64,000 bases of DNA from Octopus sinensis (GCF_006345805.1 NC_042998.1:116498001-116562000); one strand, 5' to 3'. Shown: positions 27,946 through 42,110, counted from the first letter of the stretch. Made by a program: numbers and translations. Notes: generated from the letters alone by a model not told the origin.

Positions 27946-28795
27946 TGAGAGACTGTGCAGTTATGACACGAGGCAGGAGAAATATTAGAAGTAGGAAGTA
28001 GAATTCTACTAAAAATCAATATGGCATGGTAGGTAGACTAGATAGAGGCGGCTATGCGAATACTGTTACTATTGAATGTAAATTGTCTAACGACGACGAT
28101 GATAATGATGGTATTGACGACGGCGTTGATGATGGTAACGGCAACGATGATGACAAAGACGAAGAAAATTATGACGGTTCAACGCATTCAAGGATTTTAA
28201 TCGATCATACAGATTTCATTTATTTCAGTCTAGCACGTATTTCATGAATCTCTACTTGTCAAACAGCTAGGTTATTGGAGATAAAACCTTACAACATTCA
28301 CATTTCCAATCCACAGGGAATTTACGACAGAGTGTTTGAAACTTACTCGCTTACAATTCTATTTGCGTGTAGTCACTTAACACTGAAGCAATGAGTTTAG
28401 TTTAAGGGAATTATTTGTTCTGGATATGGATAATAGGCATATTTTAAAGAGAATTACAAATGTATCTACACACGAAATATCTTTAGACAGAGATGTGTTA
28501 GGAACAGATTTCTCAGAAATATCACTAACTATGTTACTTTGATGCAATCACGAACATAAACATGTAGGTAAAATAATAATTGGTAAATAGAGAGTAGTCT
28601 TGTTAGGATTCCCTCGAGGTGTATTTCAGAACAGGTGGAAATTGTTCACGTGTAGAATCGCACACATGCATATATAATCACGAACACCAGCTCCGTTCCC
28701 CTCCGTCTCTCTCTATTTCACACACACAAACTCGCACACACACTCACGTACAAACTCAGACAAACTCGCACGTACAAACACACATATATATACGC

Positions 28796-28854
<59 letters not shown>

Positions 28855-28865
28855 CGCCAATTTAC

Positions 28866-28972
28866 CTTATGGTACGAACATTCTACTTCATATTTCGTTA
28901 ATAACTTTCCTAAATACCTATTTGAAAACAGGACAAATGTTTCATCTTCTGGACACATATTGTAGACCACTT
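28866..28972 (-). CDS. Candidate 107-nt exon (xVVYNMCPEDETFVLFSNRYLGKLLTKYEVECSYHK)
   Basis: Acceptor ttttcaacttatag|, donor AAG|gtaaat; open in the phase 1 to 0 frame; non-repetitive. Confidence 0.4.
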
Positions 28973-29479
28973 CTATAAGTTGAAAACTATATTTAATAAC
29001 ATGGGACAAAATATGTATATTTCACAATAGAATGATGTCAAACACAAATATCCTCAGAAGACAGAGTAATTATTAAAAGATACATGAACATTTGAAATCA
29101 GTATCCACTTCAAACAAACAATTTTAAAATAATATATGTTATTTTCTTTCGAACATCTAAACTGTGCTCCAATCAAATACACCTTTGACTTGGCAACATC
29201 AATTCACACATCTATATCACGACCAGAAATTCAAGAAAAATGTTTAAGACAATCTTGAAAATGTATCACTCGAAAAATATATGCAGTAACATTAATCATT
29301 AACAGAATAATGTGTCATGTGCTTATGAGTTTGCGTCACAACCGCATTGTTCCCCGTTCACTTTTACTACGCGGCAACTTGGACAGGTTTGATAGAGGGA
29401 AGCTTTAGGAAGATCGTCTGAATACTCTAACATTCATACAACTAAGGTATCTTAGTTATATATACATACATGTATATAT

Positions 29480-29511
<32 letters not shown>

Positions 29512-29911
29512 ATATATATATATATACACTACAAATTGTAAAGAAATCCCTCTCCTCCCTCTCTCTATACATCTATCTGACTGGCTGTCTGACTATCTAT
29601 CTACTTATCTATCTATCTGCATTGCCCTGGAACCTCACCCAAAACCACATAAACAGAAGCAATGTTCTCCTCTTCCAAACATAAAAAAAACAACTGATTT
29701 CTATAAATGAATAACATGTTTTCACATTTACTATTTTATTTGACAAGTTGGAAGACGAATGAAAGCTCTAATAATAATGACCAAATAATTAAACAATAAG
29801 CAAGATTTTCAAAATTCTGACAACATCTTCTTTACTCAATATTCAATATCTGTACACCACTTCTAACACTCTCTATATATGTAGATCTACGTATGTATAT
29901 CTATCTCTCTA

Positions 29912-30713
29912 TTAGGTTGTCAAGAAAGTTCTTGCGGTTTTTAACATTTAAATTCAGATGCACATATCTCGGCCCAAACAAAACTGAAACAACACACCTT
30001 TGCCAACGCGAAAAAGTTTGTTTATGCCAGTAGCGTAAAAATTCTGCATTCTGATGGCAATGAAGCCGTTGAAGGCGTATTTGGGCATCGTCTTGGTCTT
30101 TGAAGCATTTCTCACGCAGGAAGTTGTCGAGATGCTTCAAAAAGTGATAGTCGGTAGGCGAGAGGTCTGGTGAGTATGCTGGATGAGGCAGAATCTCGTA
30201 GCCCGATTCGTTCAACTCCTAAAATGGTTGGAAATTGTCGTATACGTTACGTTTAATTCACAAGCAAGATCTCGAACAGTTGTGCGTGGATTGGCTTCCA
30301 CTAGAGCTCTTAGTTAATCGATGTCAACAACTGATGGCCAGAACTACGCTTATCATATTCAAGACTCTCGTCACCGCTACGAAATTTCTTGAACCACCAA
30401 TGTGCTGTGCCTTCATTAGTGGTTCCTGGGCCAAACGCATTGTTGATATCGCAAGCTGTTTCAGCAGTGTTTTGGCCTAGCTTGAACTGGAATAAAAAAA
30501 ATTGTGCGAATTTGCTTTTTGTCAATGTTGTATTCAACGTTCCGGAAAAAATGGCCTAATTATTCAAAACGAAAATGAGTAACAGGATTAGATAGAGCAA
30601 AAAAACCGGCCTTAAATTGATTTATAAAGTCAAAGTAATTTAACGAAAATTAATTTGAAAATACATAATTTATAACCAAAATCAAAAGTTCCTCAATAAC
30701 TTTGACAACTTAA
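29912..30713 (-). mobile_element. Internally deleted mariner (Hsmar1/SETMAR-like) transposon
   Basis: Imperfect TIRs ttaggttgtcaagaaag / caacttaa with TA flanks; HTH fragment (WFKKFRSGDESLE) and C-terminal HPAYSPDLSPTDYHFL; the catalytic middle is missing. Confidence 0.92.
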
Positions 30714-31747
30714 TATTTATCTATCTATGCATACATACATACTTACATACATACACACATACATACATTCATAATACGTACATACATACATACATACATA
30801 CATACATACATACATACATACATACATACATACATACGAATATATTTTGTGTCACGACGGGAAATGCGTTCAGTAAATTTATTAATGACCTTTTCCCTAG
30901 TAAGGAAATTGAGTGTTAATTTACATTTCGATTTTTGTATGTCCTGTGGTGTGTGCATGTGTGAATGTGCATGTATGAGTGTGTCTGTAACTGCATCTGT
31001 TTGAGTGCAGGCATGTGCTCTTTGGAGGCAGTGTTTGTGTGATCTCTGTATGTTTCTGAGTCGGTCAATTTTTGTTCCCTGAGGGATGTATCCGTGTGTG
31101 TAGATGTGTTTCTCTATGCCTGCATAACTGCGCCCGTGTTTGACTGAATGACATACATACATGTGTTGGTGTGTGCCGGTAGATGCCACGCATAAAATCA
31201 TTCATCTGTGCGTGTATATATATCTTTAAATTGATTTAAGCGTTTGAATGCGCGCGTCTGTTTGACTGTGCGTCTCAATAACTGCTAAATTGTCTCAATA
31301 CTGTGAAACTGAAATGTAAATCTCCAACATTAAAACCCTATTGTCCAACCTGAGGAGTCTTCTATGCACTGTGAATTGCACCTGGTGTTTTGCATTTTCC
31401 ACGCCAACAAGGATACAGTGAATGTTGAAGCTGAAACAGCTGGTGTGATAATATTAATTGCTCCGTCCTCTCTTTTTATCTTTAATATATACACAACGTT
31501 CATCTTTGAGTTCCTGGATGTTTGATGGCTGGTATCGTTGATGATGCCTGGTAACCAAAAGTGGTGAACTTGCTCCGCAGACAAGGGACCTGGGACTTAC
31601 CCTGAAATAATGCTTCGATACTGTGTTTAAGATGTAGTTCACACGCGCGCGCACGCACACACATAAATATGAAACAACATGTATATATATATGTCTGTGT
31701 TTATTAATATATACGTAAGCATACATATATATATCCATGTATATATA

Positions 31748-31780
<33 letters not shown>

Positions 31781-32386
31781 CTAGCAGTATCGCCCGGCGT
31801 TGCTCGGGTTTGTAAGGGAAATAACTATATAAGCATTTTTAGAGAGTTATAGCCAAAAAATAGCAAAAAATGCATTAAAAATGGAAAAAATATGATGGTA
31901 TTTTTTTTTTTAAATCGTTGACTCATCGTAGACATTTTTAGAGAGTTACTTCCCTTATATAATAGCGAAAAAATGCATTAAAATGGAAAAAAACGATCGT
32001 AAATTTTTTTTTAAATCGTAGACTCATGTAGACGCTTTCTTAGCCATTTCTGTTTTGGTGTCTTCAAGCCATGAAGTCGTTGTTCTAAAAGAACGCTGGT
32101 CTCCTTGACAACGCATTACGACGTTGATTTCCTTACGACGTTGATTTCCTTACACTCCCTTCCCCACAGGTGCAGGTGTGAGCGTGGACGCCAACTTCAC
32201 CGCCATCGACACACGAAAAATTATGCATTAAAATGGAATAAAAAATAATACTCAGACGGGCTCGATATGAATCACGACTATAAGCTACCCGAATTTGGTT
32301 AAACTGCACCGCAAAATGTGGGAGTAGTTAGGAATCTAAATCGAAGGGGACAGACACTCACACAACTACAGTTTTATATATATAGA
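31781..32386 (-). mobile_element. Non-autonomous Helitron
   Basis: Minus strand starts A|TCTATATATATAAA (32386) and ends with hairpin CCCGAGCAACGCCGGG (31793-31808) then CTAG|T; internal approx. 100-bp tandem duplication. Confidence 0.85.
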
Positions 32387-32449
32387 TATACATAGCGCAG
32401 TAGTGGTGAGATATGACAGCAAAGAAAAGCATACATTCACTCTCTGCAT

Positions 32450-33000
32450 GCAATTAGACTCGGAAAGTTCGTGAGGAACCCATTGACCCAATTTGCTGAC
32501 TTTTCCGATAGCACACAGGTCTCAATGAATGGTTGAATGACCAAATCCAAGCTTCTCTGCTAGTTCCTCAACAGTTACGATGATATTTTGTTCCATTAGG
32601 GTTTTCAGGATGTCCTTGTCAAGTTCTACAGATCTTTCAGGATGAGGCTCGTCTTCTAGGCTGTAGTTTATGGCTCGGAATTTCTGGAACCACCATTGAC
32701 ACTGCCTTACGCTTATTGTCCAATCCCCATATACTGCATTAATATTTCTTGTACTTTCCGTTGCGTTGTTGTCTTTATTGAACTCATAAAGCAAAATATG
32801 CCAAATATGCTCCTTTGTTACTTCCAACATAGCTTTGAAAAAAATAGCTGTTAAAATCGAAATGCACTCTTCAAAACTTGCACTATGAATAAGAACAAGA
32901 TAAAATTACTACCTGCTTTTATAGCAAGTTAATATAAGTAGTTTATCCCATTCCCCTCTGACTTTTAGTTGAAGCTGTTGAAAAAACCGCATTATTATAC
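32450..33000 (-). mobile_element. Mariner transposon 5' half
   Basis: ORF 32522..32830 (HILLYEFNK...WFQKFR..YSLEDEP...EELAEKL), followed after a stop by LGQWVPHELS; TIR-like aataatgcggttt near 32990. Confidence 0.92.
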
Positions 33001-33001
33001 A

Positions 33002-33033
<32 letters not shown>

Positions 33034-33128
33034 CACACACACTCTCTCTCTCTCTCTCACACATGCACACATTTATATTCTGTTATTCTTTTATATGTTT
33101 CAGCCTTGAGGTTGTGGGCATGCTGGAT

Positions 33129-33164
<36 letters not shown>

Positions 33165-33646
33165 TATCAGTCTGTCTGTCTGTATGTATATATGTATATG
33201 TATGTGTGTGAACAACAATATTTTCAACAGATGTGTTGCAAATGTATCTGATTGTTCTCAAGCTTCAAATTTACTCTCTTCCAAGAACATTTTCACTCAC
33301 TCTTATTTGTTAGCTTCCCATACATTTTACTCATGTATCTATCAGCGTTCATGGACAGTAACAAATATTACATCTAGTTTCATTTTATTCGTTACACAGT
33401 GTGTGTGTGCGTTTGCGTGTGTTGTAAACCAGACTAAGAAAAGCATTTGACACACACACCAGAATGTGAGTTTTCTGTAAATTTTGCTTAATTGGAGTTT
33501 AAATTTTAAAAACTGGAGCTGGCATGACGCGATGCATTGTACTCTTAAAATTGCTAGGTAAATTGTAATTGAAGAAATCCTATATTGTAGATTTGTATAA
33601 CTCCAAAGGGAGGCAGATAAAATCTGCCTTTTATAATAAGAGATAT

Positions 33647-33680
<34 letters not shown>

Positions 33681-33685
33681 AATAT

Positions 33686-33748
<63 letters not shown>

Positions 33749-34308
33749 AGTATAGAAATATATATATATATAAGTTCAGCAAAATATACATTCAGAGGAA
33801 TATAGTACTTAAGTTAAAGGCACCTGAATTTTGAGCCTACTAGCTTTTGCTATAATACATTCAAATATGTCTAAACTAAATTCCTCAAAATAAGTATGGA
33901 TTTATGGCTTTAACATTTGTACTACCCCTGCCTCTAACTCTAAATAGAAAAAAAATTCTTGTTTGTCTCCATCCAACCAAGAATAGAAAATCCCCTCCCC
34001 ACTGATAGATCTGAATAACAAAGTGAACTCAGTGATAAAAAAAATCTACAGACGGAGAAGAACATACTACCACCATGTTCTTAAATATCAAATTAACCTC
34101 TCTGTCTATATATCTACACTCTTTGTAATGTTGGCAAATTAAAATAAATATAAGAAAGTGCATTGTCCGTTTAATCAACAATTTCTATATGTGGCTGAAG
34201 ATTGCTCGATATTTTAAAATTGATGTAATATTTACAGTGTTTAATAAAACGAAGTAGCATGAAACAATTGTACTACACAACCTTGGATATCCTTGTTGCT
34301 CATTTTGA

Positions 34309-34348
<40 letters not shown>

Positions 34349-34352
<4 letters not shown>

Positions 34353-34515
34353 TCAAAGGGCAAGACCACTAGGTACTCGGCCGTATGCTAGAATTAGATC
34401 ACCTACGATAAAACTACAAAGAAAAGAATGTTCTCTCGACGAAAATTCAATTTGATGGTAGGTGATCTATTTCTAGCATACGGCCGACTACCTAGTGGTC
34501 TTGCCTTTTGAATAT
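34349..34515. mobile_element. Foldback element / MITE with 58-bp arms
   Basis: Arms 34349-34406 and 34458-34515 differ at 3 of 58 positions; 51-nt spacer. Confidence 0.85.
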
Positions 34516-35444
34516 TCACATGTATTAATATTTTCTCTGATTTTTCAGATTTGGTATGCTAGGCTACTGGTTTTAAATTGATATTAATTAAATTAATATT
34601 AAATTTATCTCCCTCATTATTTAAATATATATATATATTCACATATATGTACGTACGTATGTATGTATGTCTGTATATATGTATGTATGTATACATATGT
34701 TTATTTTTATTTCGTTTTCAAATTTTAAAAATATTGTTTGCTTCTATTTCCATTTCGATTCCATCACGATATGTTCTTTTGTTTACTCATTTCGATGTCA
34801 ATTACGATTTCTGTAGAAAATATTTTTTTCACTACCATTGGTAATTATTTCCTTTTATTGCTCTATCTAATTATAAATTTAAAATATTGCAGTATTTTCT
34901 GTTTGATGTGTCACACAATGGAATGTAAAATCAAATCTCCTTCTAAATATAGATAATTTATGACGTACTTCTTATTTAATGCAGGATCAGCACATTACCA
35001 AAGCCCTTCTTCCCATTTTATTATATTCCACGTATTCCGATTCCAGTGGTACAATATTTAATTATTTTGTTTTTCTTCTTTTTAAGATAATAGAACGAAA
35101 TTTTAAAGGTATTTGATTGTTAATTGTAACATATCAAGCGACTGTTAAGAAGTCCGTCTCTTTGATGCAGGGAACATAATATTACAGCCTTGTGAAAATA
35201 TTTGACTACAACAAAACATATCTAATATCAAAATAATAAAATAATGAAATAAAGTAAAAATTTCGAACATCTTAATTGTTCACTGGAGAGTCTCCGTATT
35301 ATTTAAATGGTTACAGATAAAATGTGAATCTTTTTCGAATTATTCCTATCCACCTTTTAATAGGGAAGATCAAAAGTTTTACTCATATTCCTCGATACCA
35401 GAAAAGAAAATGTTCCGTCTAGTACATATTGACTTATTTCTTAC

Positions 35445-35525
35445 TCGTAGCAATTGACATAACAATTAGAAAAAACATACAAATAAGAAATAAAACTGCA
35501 AACACCATGACAAGATGAGTAAATT
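35445..35525 (-). CDS. Candidate 81-nt phase 1-1 exon encoding a transmembrane or signal segment (xFTHLVMVFAVLFLICMFFLIVMSIAT)
   Basis: Strong acceptor ttttcttttaatag| (35526) and donor CGA|gtaaga (35444); 21-residue hydrophobic run not derived from a simple repeat. Confidence 0.4.
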
Positions 35526-37359
35526 CTATTAAAAGAAAATATGTCAACAATTTATATAACCCTGTAATTCCCTATAGCTACTTCTTCGGGACACGATGAA
35601 AAATATCCTTAAATTACTGAAAACATCTTCCTTGCCATCTTGACAAAAAAACTCAGCGGATAAAGGTATTTGATGAAAGAAACAATATTTTTGAGCTGTA
35701 TTAAAAACTAAATACTTCCAAGTGATATGTACATAGGTTGTTCAAAGTATATATCACCCAGTATCTGAAAAATTGTAAATGTTTGAAATGGAAAAAGCAC
35801 ATTTTGAATCAACCTGTTTGTGTGAGTGTGCGCGCGCGTGCGTGTGTGGTATTTCTGTGTATTTGTCAGTTTTCTAGAATGTGTCTCTGCTTGTATGGTC
35901 AACTATTAGAAACATAAGGACTAAAATAATTGGTAATCAATTGAAGTGAACAACCAGAAATTAAAAATTCAGTGATGCCTGTTTATAGACAACATTATAA
36001 TAGTGGTAGAGATAAAAATGTTACAATAAATTTTACAATAAATTTTAAATACACTTTACACTGAAAACCTATGCAGTTATCTCATTGGTTCACATGAATG
36101 TATGTATGTGTGTGTGAGTGCATCTCTGCATGTGTGTGTGTGTACATGCCTGCGTGCCTGCGTGTGAGTGTGCTTACATATAGAAAGTGTGAAAGAGACA
36201 CAAAACTTTATATTAATAGTGTGTTTTAATGCGACTCATGTGACCAGATTTAGATTAACAAGGAATGTAGAGCAACATTCCTCTCGTCTACATATTTTGC
36301 GTTGTATTTGTATCATCCCAGCAAATAAGCTAGATTCTCAAAAGCATGAGTCAAATGATTTTTTAAATTATAAGAGATGCCATTTGATTTAATTTCTCAT
36401 GCTTATTGATGCTTCAAGTGATTGCGAACTGCAATTATTCATTTACATCGGTCATTTCACAGAAGAAATATACGCAGTGGACTAGATAAAATACTATATA
36501 CGTCCTATGTTCATGTATATGTATGTACGGAATCCCATGCGCTGAAACAGCCTTTCTTCTCTACCCCTCTTACTATCATACACTTGGCTGGTCTGTACTA
36601 TGTTCTTCTGTTCCGTCCTACAAGACATTCCAACGCCTCCCTCATATTTCTCTTGTTACCTATTCTTTCTTAACTGGCTACTGTCAATCGCTTTTCTATA
36701 TCTCTTGATTTGCGTTTGATTTGTAAATTAGTTCCAGCTCTCGTCGGTTTGTCTAATTTTCATAAAATACTGTATTCTATTCTCAAGCCCTAGAGGACCA
36801 CCACCAATTATAATAAGGTATGTTCCCACGACTCGTCTTCTTTTTGTCGCCAAGTCGAAAATCTTTCTATGCATACGAATCTCTATATATCGCATTATAT
36901 TTTTTTCTCATTGTTTTACCTCGTCATAACTTTCGTATATAATTTTCCTTTTAAGTCGTCTTTATTTACCCTTTAGTCAACAGACATTAGCTTTTCAAGC
37001 AATATTGTTTGAAGTTGTCAAAATTAGGATGATGTTTAATCGGCAACTGATGAGGGAATAAGTTTGTGTGCTTCCGGTGTGTATAAGTGTGTGTGTGTGT
37101 GTGTGTGTGTGTTTATTTTTAGTGTTTCTCTGGTTTTCTTTTCTGTAAATTCCCTTGTCTTACAATACAACATTTTATTATTGATACGGTGCTATAGTCA
37201 TTATACCTTGTTACTAACATCGCTATCAATATCTTTAATAATCATATATAATAATTACAATAATCTCGTTTTATTACTGTCATTTTTTTTCATGGAGCTC
37301 TCTGTTTCAATTCCTCCTGCTAATTCTGTGAGAGCAGGTACCGACCTGTTATCAAGGTC

Positions 37360-37695
<336 letters not shown>

Positions 37696-37699
37696 TTAA

Positions 37700-38485
37700 T
37701 TCTCTTTATCACAGGTTTTGTTGAAGCTCCTGGAACTTAGATGTGTAACGGGGTTGCTACATGCACCCTTCGGTAACATGCTATCTATTCTTTTCAGTTA
37801 TCTAATACTTTCATAATTATTCTGGCCGTGCCAAGAAGGCAAAACTTTTGTTACAGTTCTACTGGGCAATCTATTCCAATTTCCTTTATATTCCCCTTGA
37901 ATGCCTTCTGACACTATTCCGATCAATAATTGGCACTATCTTCACTTCTTAGTTTTTCATACCCGGGCTAATTTGTACATAAGAGGGTTGTATTTATCTA
38001 TCTTTTCGCCTTCTTATCTATTCGTGGGTCAAAGGGCTTTCAACATCAACAATATAGCATATGTGGTGCATCTTGTGCACCACCAACAGGACTGGTCTGT
38101 TATGATCGGTTTCGATTGGGAAATCCCAGAGGATTTTGCAAGTCTCCGACTCCACCATTCTCTGCGGTTTGTGCTCATATCACGTCCTGCCTCTCTTTTG
38201 ATCTCCAACTTGTCGAACAGTTTCCAGTGTAGCACTTTTGCTACCTGGTCGTGTCGCCACAACTTGTAGTGGTTGCGGATAAGTCTTGGGAATTCGTTTG
38301 TGATATGAGCAATAGTTTCACCCACACAGCGGGAACACTTTCTCACTCCTTAATTTGAACCTCCAGTTCATGGCCAAAGCTTTTTCTTGCTCTGCCAGTA
38401 TAGTGCTCTCTGTCTCTTTTTTTAGTGTTCCTTTCATCAGCCAATCCCGACTATTTTTTCCAGCAGATTCTGTGTGGTTAACAAT
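37700..38485 (-). mobile_element. 5'-truncated R4/Dong-like LINE (CCHC, RLE, 3' end)
   Basis: DWLMKGTLKKETESTILA; CSRCVGETIAHITNEFP...RHDQVAKVLHWKL; LLGTARII-like end, followed by an (AAT)n tail. Confidence 0.9.
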
Positions 38486-38670
38486 AAGAAGAAGAAGAAG
38501 AAGAAAGAAAGAAAGAAAGAAAGAAAGAAGAAAAGAAGAAGAAGAAGAAGAAGAAGAAGAAGAAGAAGAAGAAGAAGAAGAAGAAGAAGAAGAAGAGAGA
38601 AGAAGAAGAAGAAGAAGAAGAAGAAGAAGAAGAAGAAGAAGAAGAAGAAGAAGAAGAAGAAGAAGAAACA
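38485..38670. repeat. (GAA)n / (AAAG)n microsatellite
   Basis: Directly visible. Confidence 0.97.
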
Positions 38671-38689
38671 TTGTGGACATTGTGGGTTC

Positions 38690-39270
38690 CCTCTTGCCGA
38701 ACACACAAACGATCATCATTAGAAAACATTTCCAATGTTTAATAACTACAATTTTCTGTGAAAATTTTGCCGTGAAAATTTAACTGAGTATTTTAAATTT
38801 CCTTCAAAACAAGTTGAAAATCTTGCATATCCACTATTTTCTCTCGACGAACACACAAACAATCATGTTCACAAATTTTGAAACTCTAATACCTATAAAT
38901 TTCTGTTGAATGCGTGTCCTTTTCTGAGTATTCGGAAACGTAAACACCCTTTTAGTACAAGAATACTACAATTACCTCTGGCCAAACAAATAAACGATGA
39001 TTAGAAAATTTTAAAAACATTAATAACTACAATTCTCTGTAAAGATGTTGCCCTTCTCTTCTCCCTGACTACTCGAATACGCAAATGTGCCTTTTATTGC
39101 AACAACACTATTAAATGCACGATAAAACATACCCTTTATTCCAAGATTACTATTAAATGCACAACAAAAATTTCCTCCCAAATAAGTTGAAAATCTCACA
39201 TATCCACAATTTTCTGTGGCCGAACACACAAACGATCACTTTTTAAAAAATTTGAAACTTTAGGAGATAA
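38690..39270. repeat. Degenerate complex tandem repeat
   Basis: gccgaacacacaaacgatca-like motif four times (about 38697, 38846, 38980, 39218); aagttgaaaatc..catatccac twice; taataactacaatt.tctgt twice. Confidence 0.7.
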
Positions 39271-39847
39271 ACAACTGCCAATATATACAAACAGCACAAT
39301 TACGAACACTAAACCAGAGCAAAACCTATAAAAAGGCTAGAAAAATTCAACGATGTAAATATCAATACCCGCGCGCGCACGTGTGCATGAATATATATTA
39401 TTGATATTTCTTCTATTCGTAATTAAAACAGAGCAGGGTGAGTTAGTCGTTTCCAGTGTCAACACTCCCTTTGGGCGCTTGTAACTAGCAAATACATTGA
39501 TCTCTGCTGACCGAAATGGTGTGACGCTTCTTTTGATTCCTGACCGCACTACTATTTCTGCTACTGTTGCTGCTGCTATTACTACGACAAATAATAATAC
39601 TAACAATGATAATAGTAATTTGCCTGGAGACAAACACACACGTGCGATAGCATTTACATCCTGCTAATAGAATATATACAAACGCCTCAACCACTTCTAC
39701 CATCGCCGCCGCCAAGGTCATCACCAACGCCGTCGCCATCCTACTGGAAATAGCCGTAGACTGCTTGATGGTTCTGTCTATTGTCTCCCTGTTGCTATGT
39801 CTTCCTCTTTCTACGATGCTGCATGAATACTGTCGGCCTGCCATTTG

Positions 39848-40076
39848 ATACCTATTTCTTTATTACCCACAAGGGGCTAAACATAGAAGGATAAACAAGG
39901 ACAGACAAACGGATTAATTTGATTACATCGACCCCAGTGTTTAACTGGTACTTAATTTATCGACCCTGAAAGGATGAAAGGCAAAGTCGACCTCGGCGGA
40001 ATTTGAACTCATAACGTAACGGCAGACGAAATACGGCTACGCATTTCGCCCGGCGTGCTAACGTTTCTGCCAGCTC
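39848..40076 (-). mobile_element. tRNA-derived SINE
   Basis: Near-complete copy of the 12972-13388 family. Confidence 0.92.
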
Positions 40077-40834
40077 TTGATACCTTCTAAACGGCAGAAC
40101 ATGACATGAATTAATTTAAAACTTCTCAAAATTAAATTCACCCCTCACCCAGAAAAGGTTGATGCCTGAGACCTGTGAACATTACACTATGAACCTGACA
40201 ACTTGTTAACCCTGTGCGCTTATAGCACGGCCCTGAATACCAACCATGAAATAATTTCTAGAAACCGTGTCGTTCGAAGAACGCATTGTTCAGTGACTTA
40301 AGTTATCGATACTGAGCTCACTGCAAAGTAACTTCTCCACTCAACTTGAATACAAGAAATACACACACACGCGCACACACACACACTATATACACCAACG
40401 CGCACACACGCTCACACACACACACACACACACACATATACCACTCCACAGCGTACAAATTGAAAACATTACTAATATAATATTGGTACGTTTTGATATT
40501 TAAAGGCGACGTGACCCAGACAATTAGGTCGAAATTCATTAAGATCTTTAACTGCTAAAATATAAAATACTAATTAATCAGTTTGAAAATTTACTGATTT
40601 CTTTGTGGCAATATAATTTTTCTCTTTCTCACCTTTTCTATTTCTTCCACTATTTCCTTATTTTTGTTTCTCGTTTCTCAGAATTTTCAGTGGCTTTTTG
40701 TTATGCATACTACTATATGTAGAACCAAATTTTAAAATATCAATATACGTTGCTTGAAACAGGCGACGGCATACGCAAGCACTCGAAGCGTACGCATCAT
40801 TAAATGTATTGGGACTACTATTAACTGGTATATA

Positions 40835-41000
40835 TATACACACTTTTTCCACTTTTTGTTTTTCCTGTGTCCCTTTCTGTAGAAGAGCGTAGGCTCGAAA
40901 CGTAAAATACTTTTTCTATTCCCGAGCGTTATACTAATACATCTGTTTGCTTTGTACACCACCAGTCTTCGTCTTTTGTTTATTTTCCTAAACTCTCCCT
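40835..41000 (+). mobile_element. Penelope-like element pLTR fragment
   Basis: Homologous to 60240-60390; contains the hammerhead-like motif; ends in (TA)n. Confidence 0.75.
40874..40907 (+). ncRNA. Minimal hammerhead-like motif, CUGUAGA core variant
   Basis: UUU-CUGUAGA-A-GAGC-GUAG-GCUC-GAAA-CGUA-AAA: stems I and II pair; palindromic ACGU stem III; GUA site. Confidence 0.55.
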
Positions 41001-41017
41001 GTATATAAATATATACA

Positions 41018-41069
<52 letters not shown>

Positions 41070-41558
41070 TATGTACTAATGATTGTGAATATATTTGCAC
41101 TCACATATACACAACACGCATATGCACAAACGCACACGTGCACAAACACACACACACACACATACATCTTACATACACACACATGCACATATACATATAT
41201 ACAGGGAGGGAGGCGATCTAAATGACAGAGATGCAGTGAGTGACACATGAGTGAATAAGATGACGTGAGAATGTAGTATTCAACGTATTTAGTTGCACAG
41301 AACGTTTGATTCAGTTAGACATTAATTCCAGTTTAAGCAGCGCAGGATTCTTTCATGATATCAGACACAATGCAGAACTTTTGACTAAGATACAGTAGCT
41401 TGAGGCTGGACAAAACATTGTGAGTGGATCTATTAGACGGAAAATGAAAGAAGCCCGTGGTATTAATAAACGTTTATACACACACACATATATATATGTA
41501 TGTATATTTGTATGTACATATGTATATATATATGTGCATATATATGTCTATGTATGTA

Positions 41559-41593
<35 letters not shown>

Positions 41594-41644
41594 TATATAT
41601 CATATATATATATATATATATATAATTAATATAAATAGCTGGGT

Positions 41645-42110
41645 GCAGTGTACCATAAAGAGCACTAATGTATACAATCCGCTGACATGTGAAGAAATCT
41701 CCCCAAGACTGAATCAAGAATCTCCCAGAATCCCTCCTTACAACAAAATATGTTTTTCTTATTCTTATTCCTTGGGACGTAGGTTTCTCGGCACCCTTAG
41801 TCAAATTATGTGATGATTGAATTTTATTTTATGGTATTATGTTGCCGCATGTTGTTTATATTAATTTTTTGTATAAGCATTAGCACTCCACTAAATCAGT
41901 CATAGTTTTCTATGGCAAATACCTACTTGCTGAAAGGCAGGATTAGCCGACTCCAGTTGACCGGGCTTCTCTTACTGATGAAGCATACGGAAATACGCGA
42001 AACTAGACTTCTAATCTGAGTGATTCTCGATTCCGTCTTGGGAGGTTTCTTCACATGTCAGCGTCTTGTATAAATTAGTGCTCTTCATACAGCACGAGTA
42101 TCTAACTCCT
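41645..42110. mobile_element. Two oppositely oriented PLE-like LTR relics, one with a decayed hammerhead
   Basis: 41655-41735 is the reverse complement of about 42015-42095 (ttcttcacatgtcagcg..tgtata.attagtgctctt). CTGATGAAGC..GCGAAACTAGAC at about 41976 has stem-II mismatches and lacks the cleavage-site U. Confidence 0.55.

Noticed and set aside
28026-28247. Asp-rich ORF
   Set aside because: Explained by a degenerate (GAT/GAC)n repeat.
31601-31620. 20-nt minus exon candidate with GG|gtaagt donor
   Set aside because: Its phases do not fit between the TM exon and the 28972 exon without further unseen exons; not distinguishable from chance.
39337-39639. ORF with a signal-peptide-like hydrophobic start
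   Set aside because: The hydrophobic run derives from a degenerate (TTA/GTA/GCA)n microsatellite.
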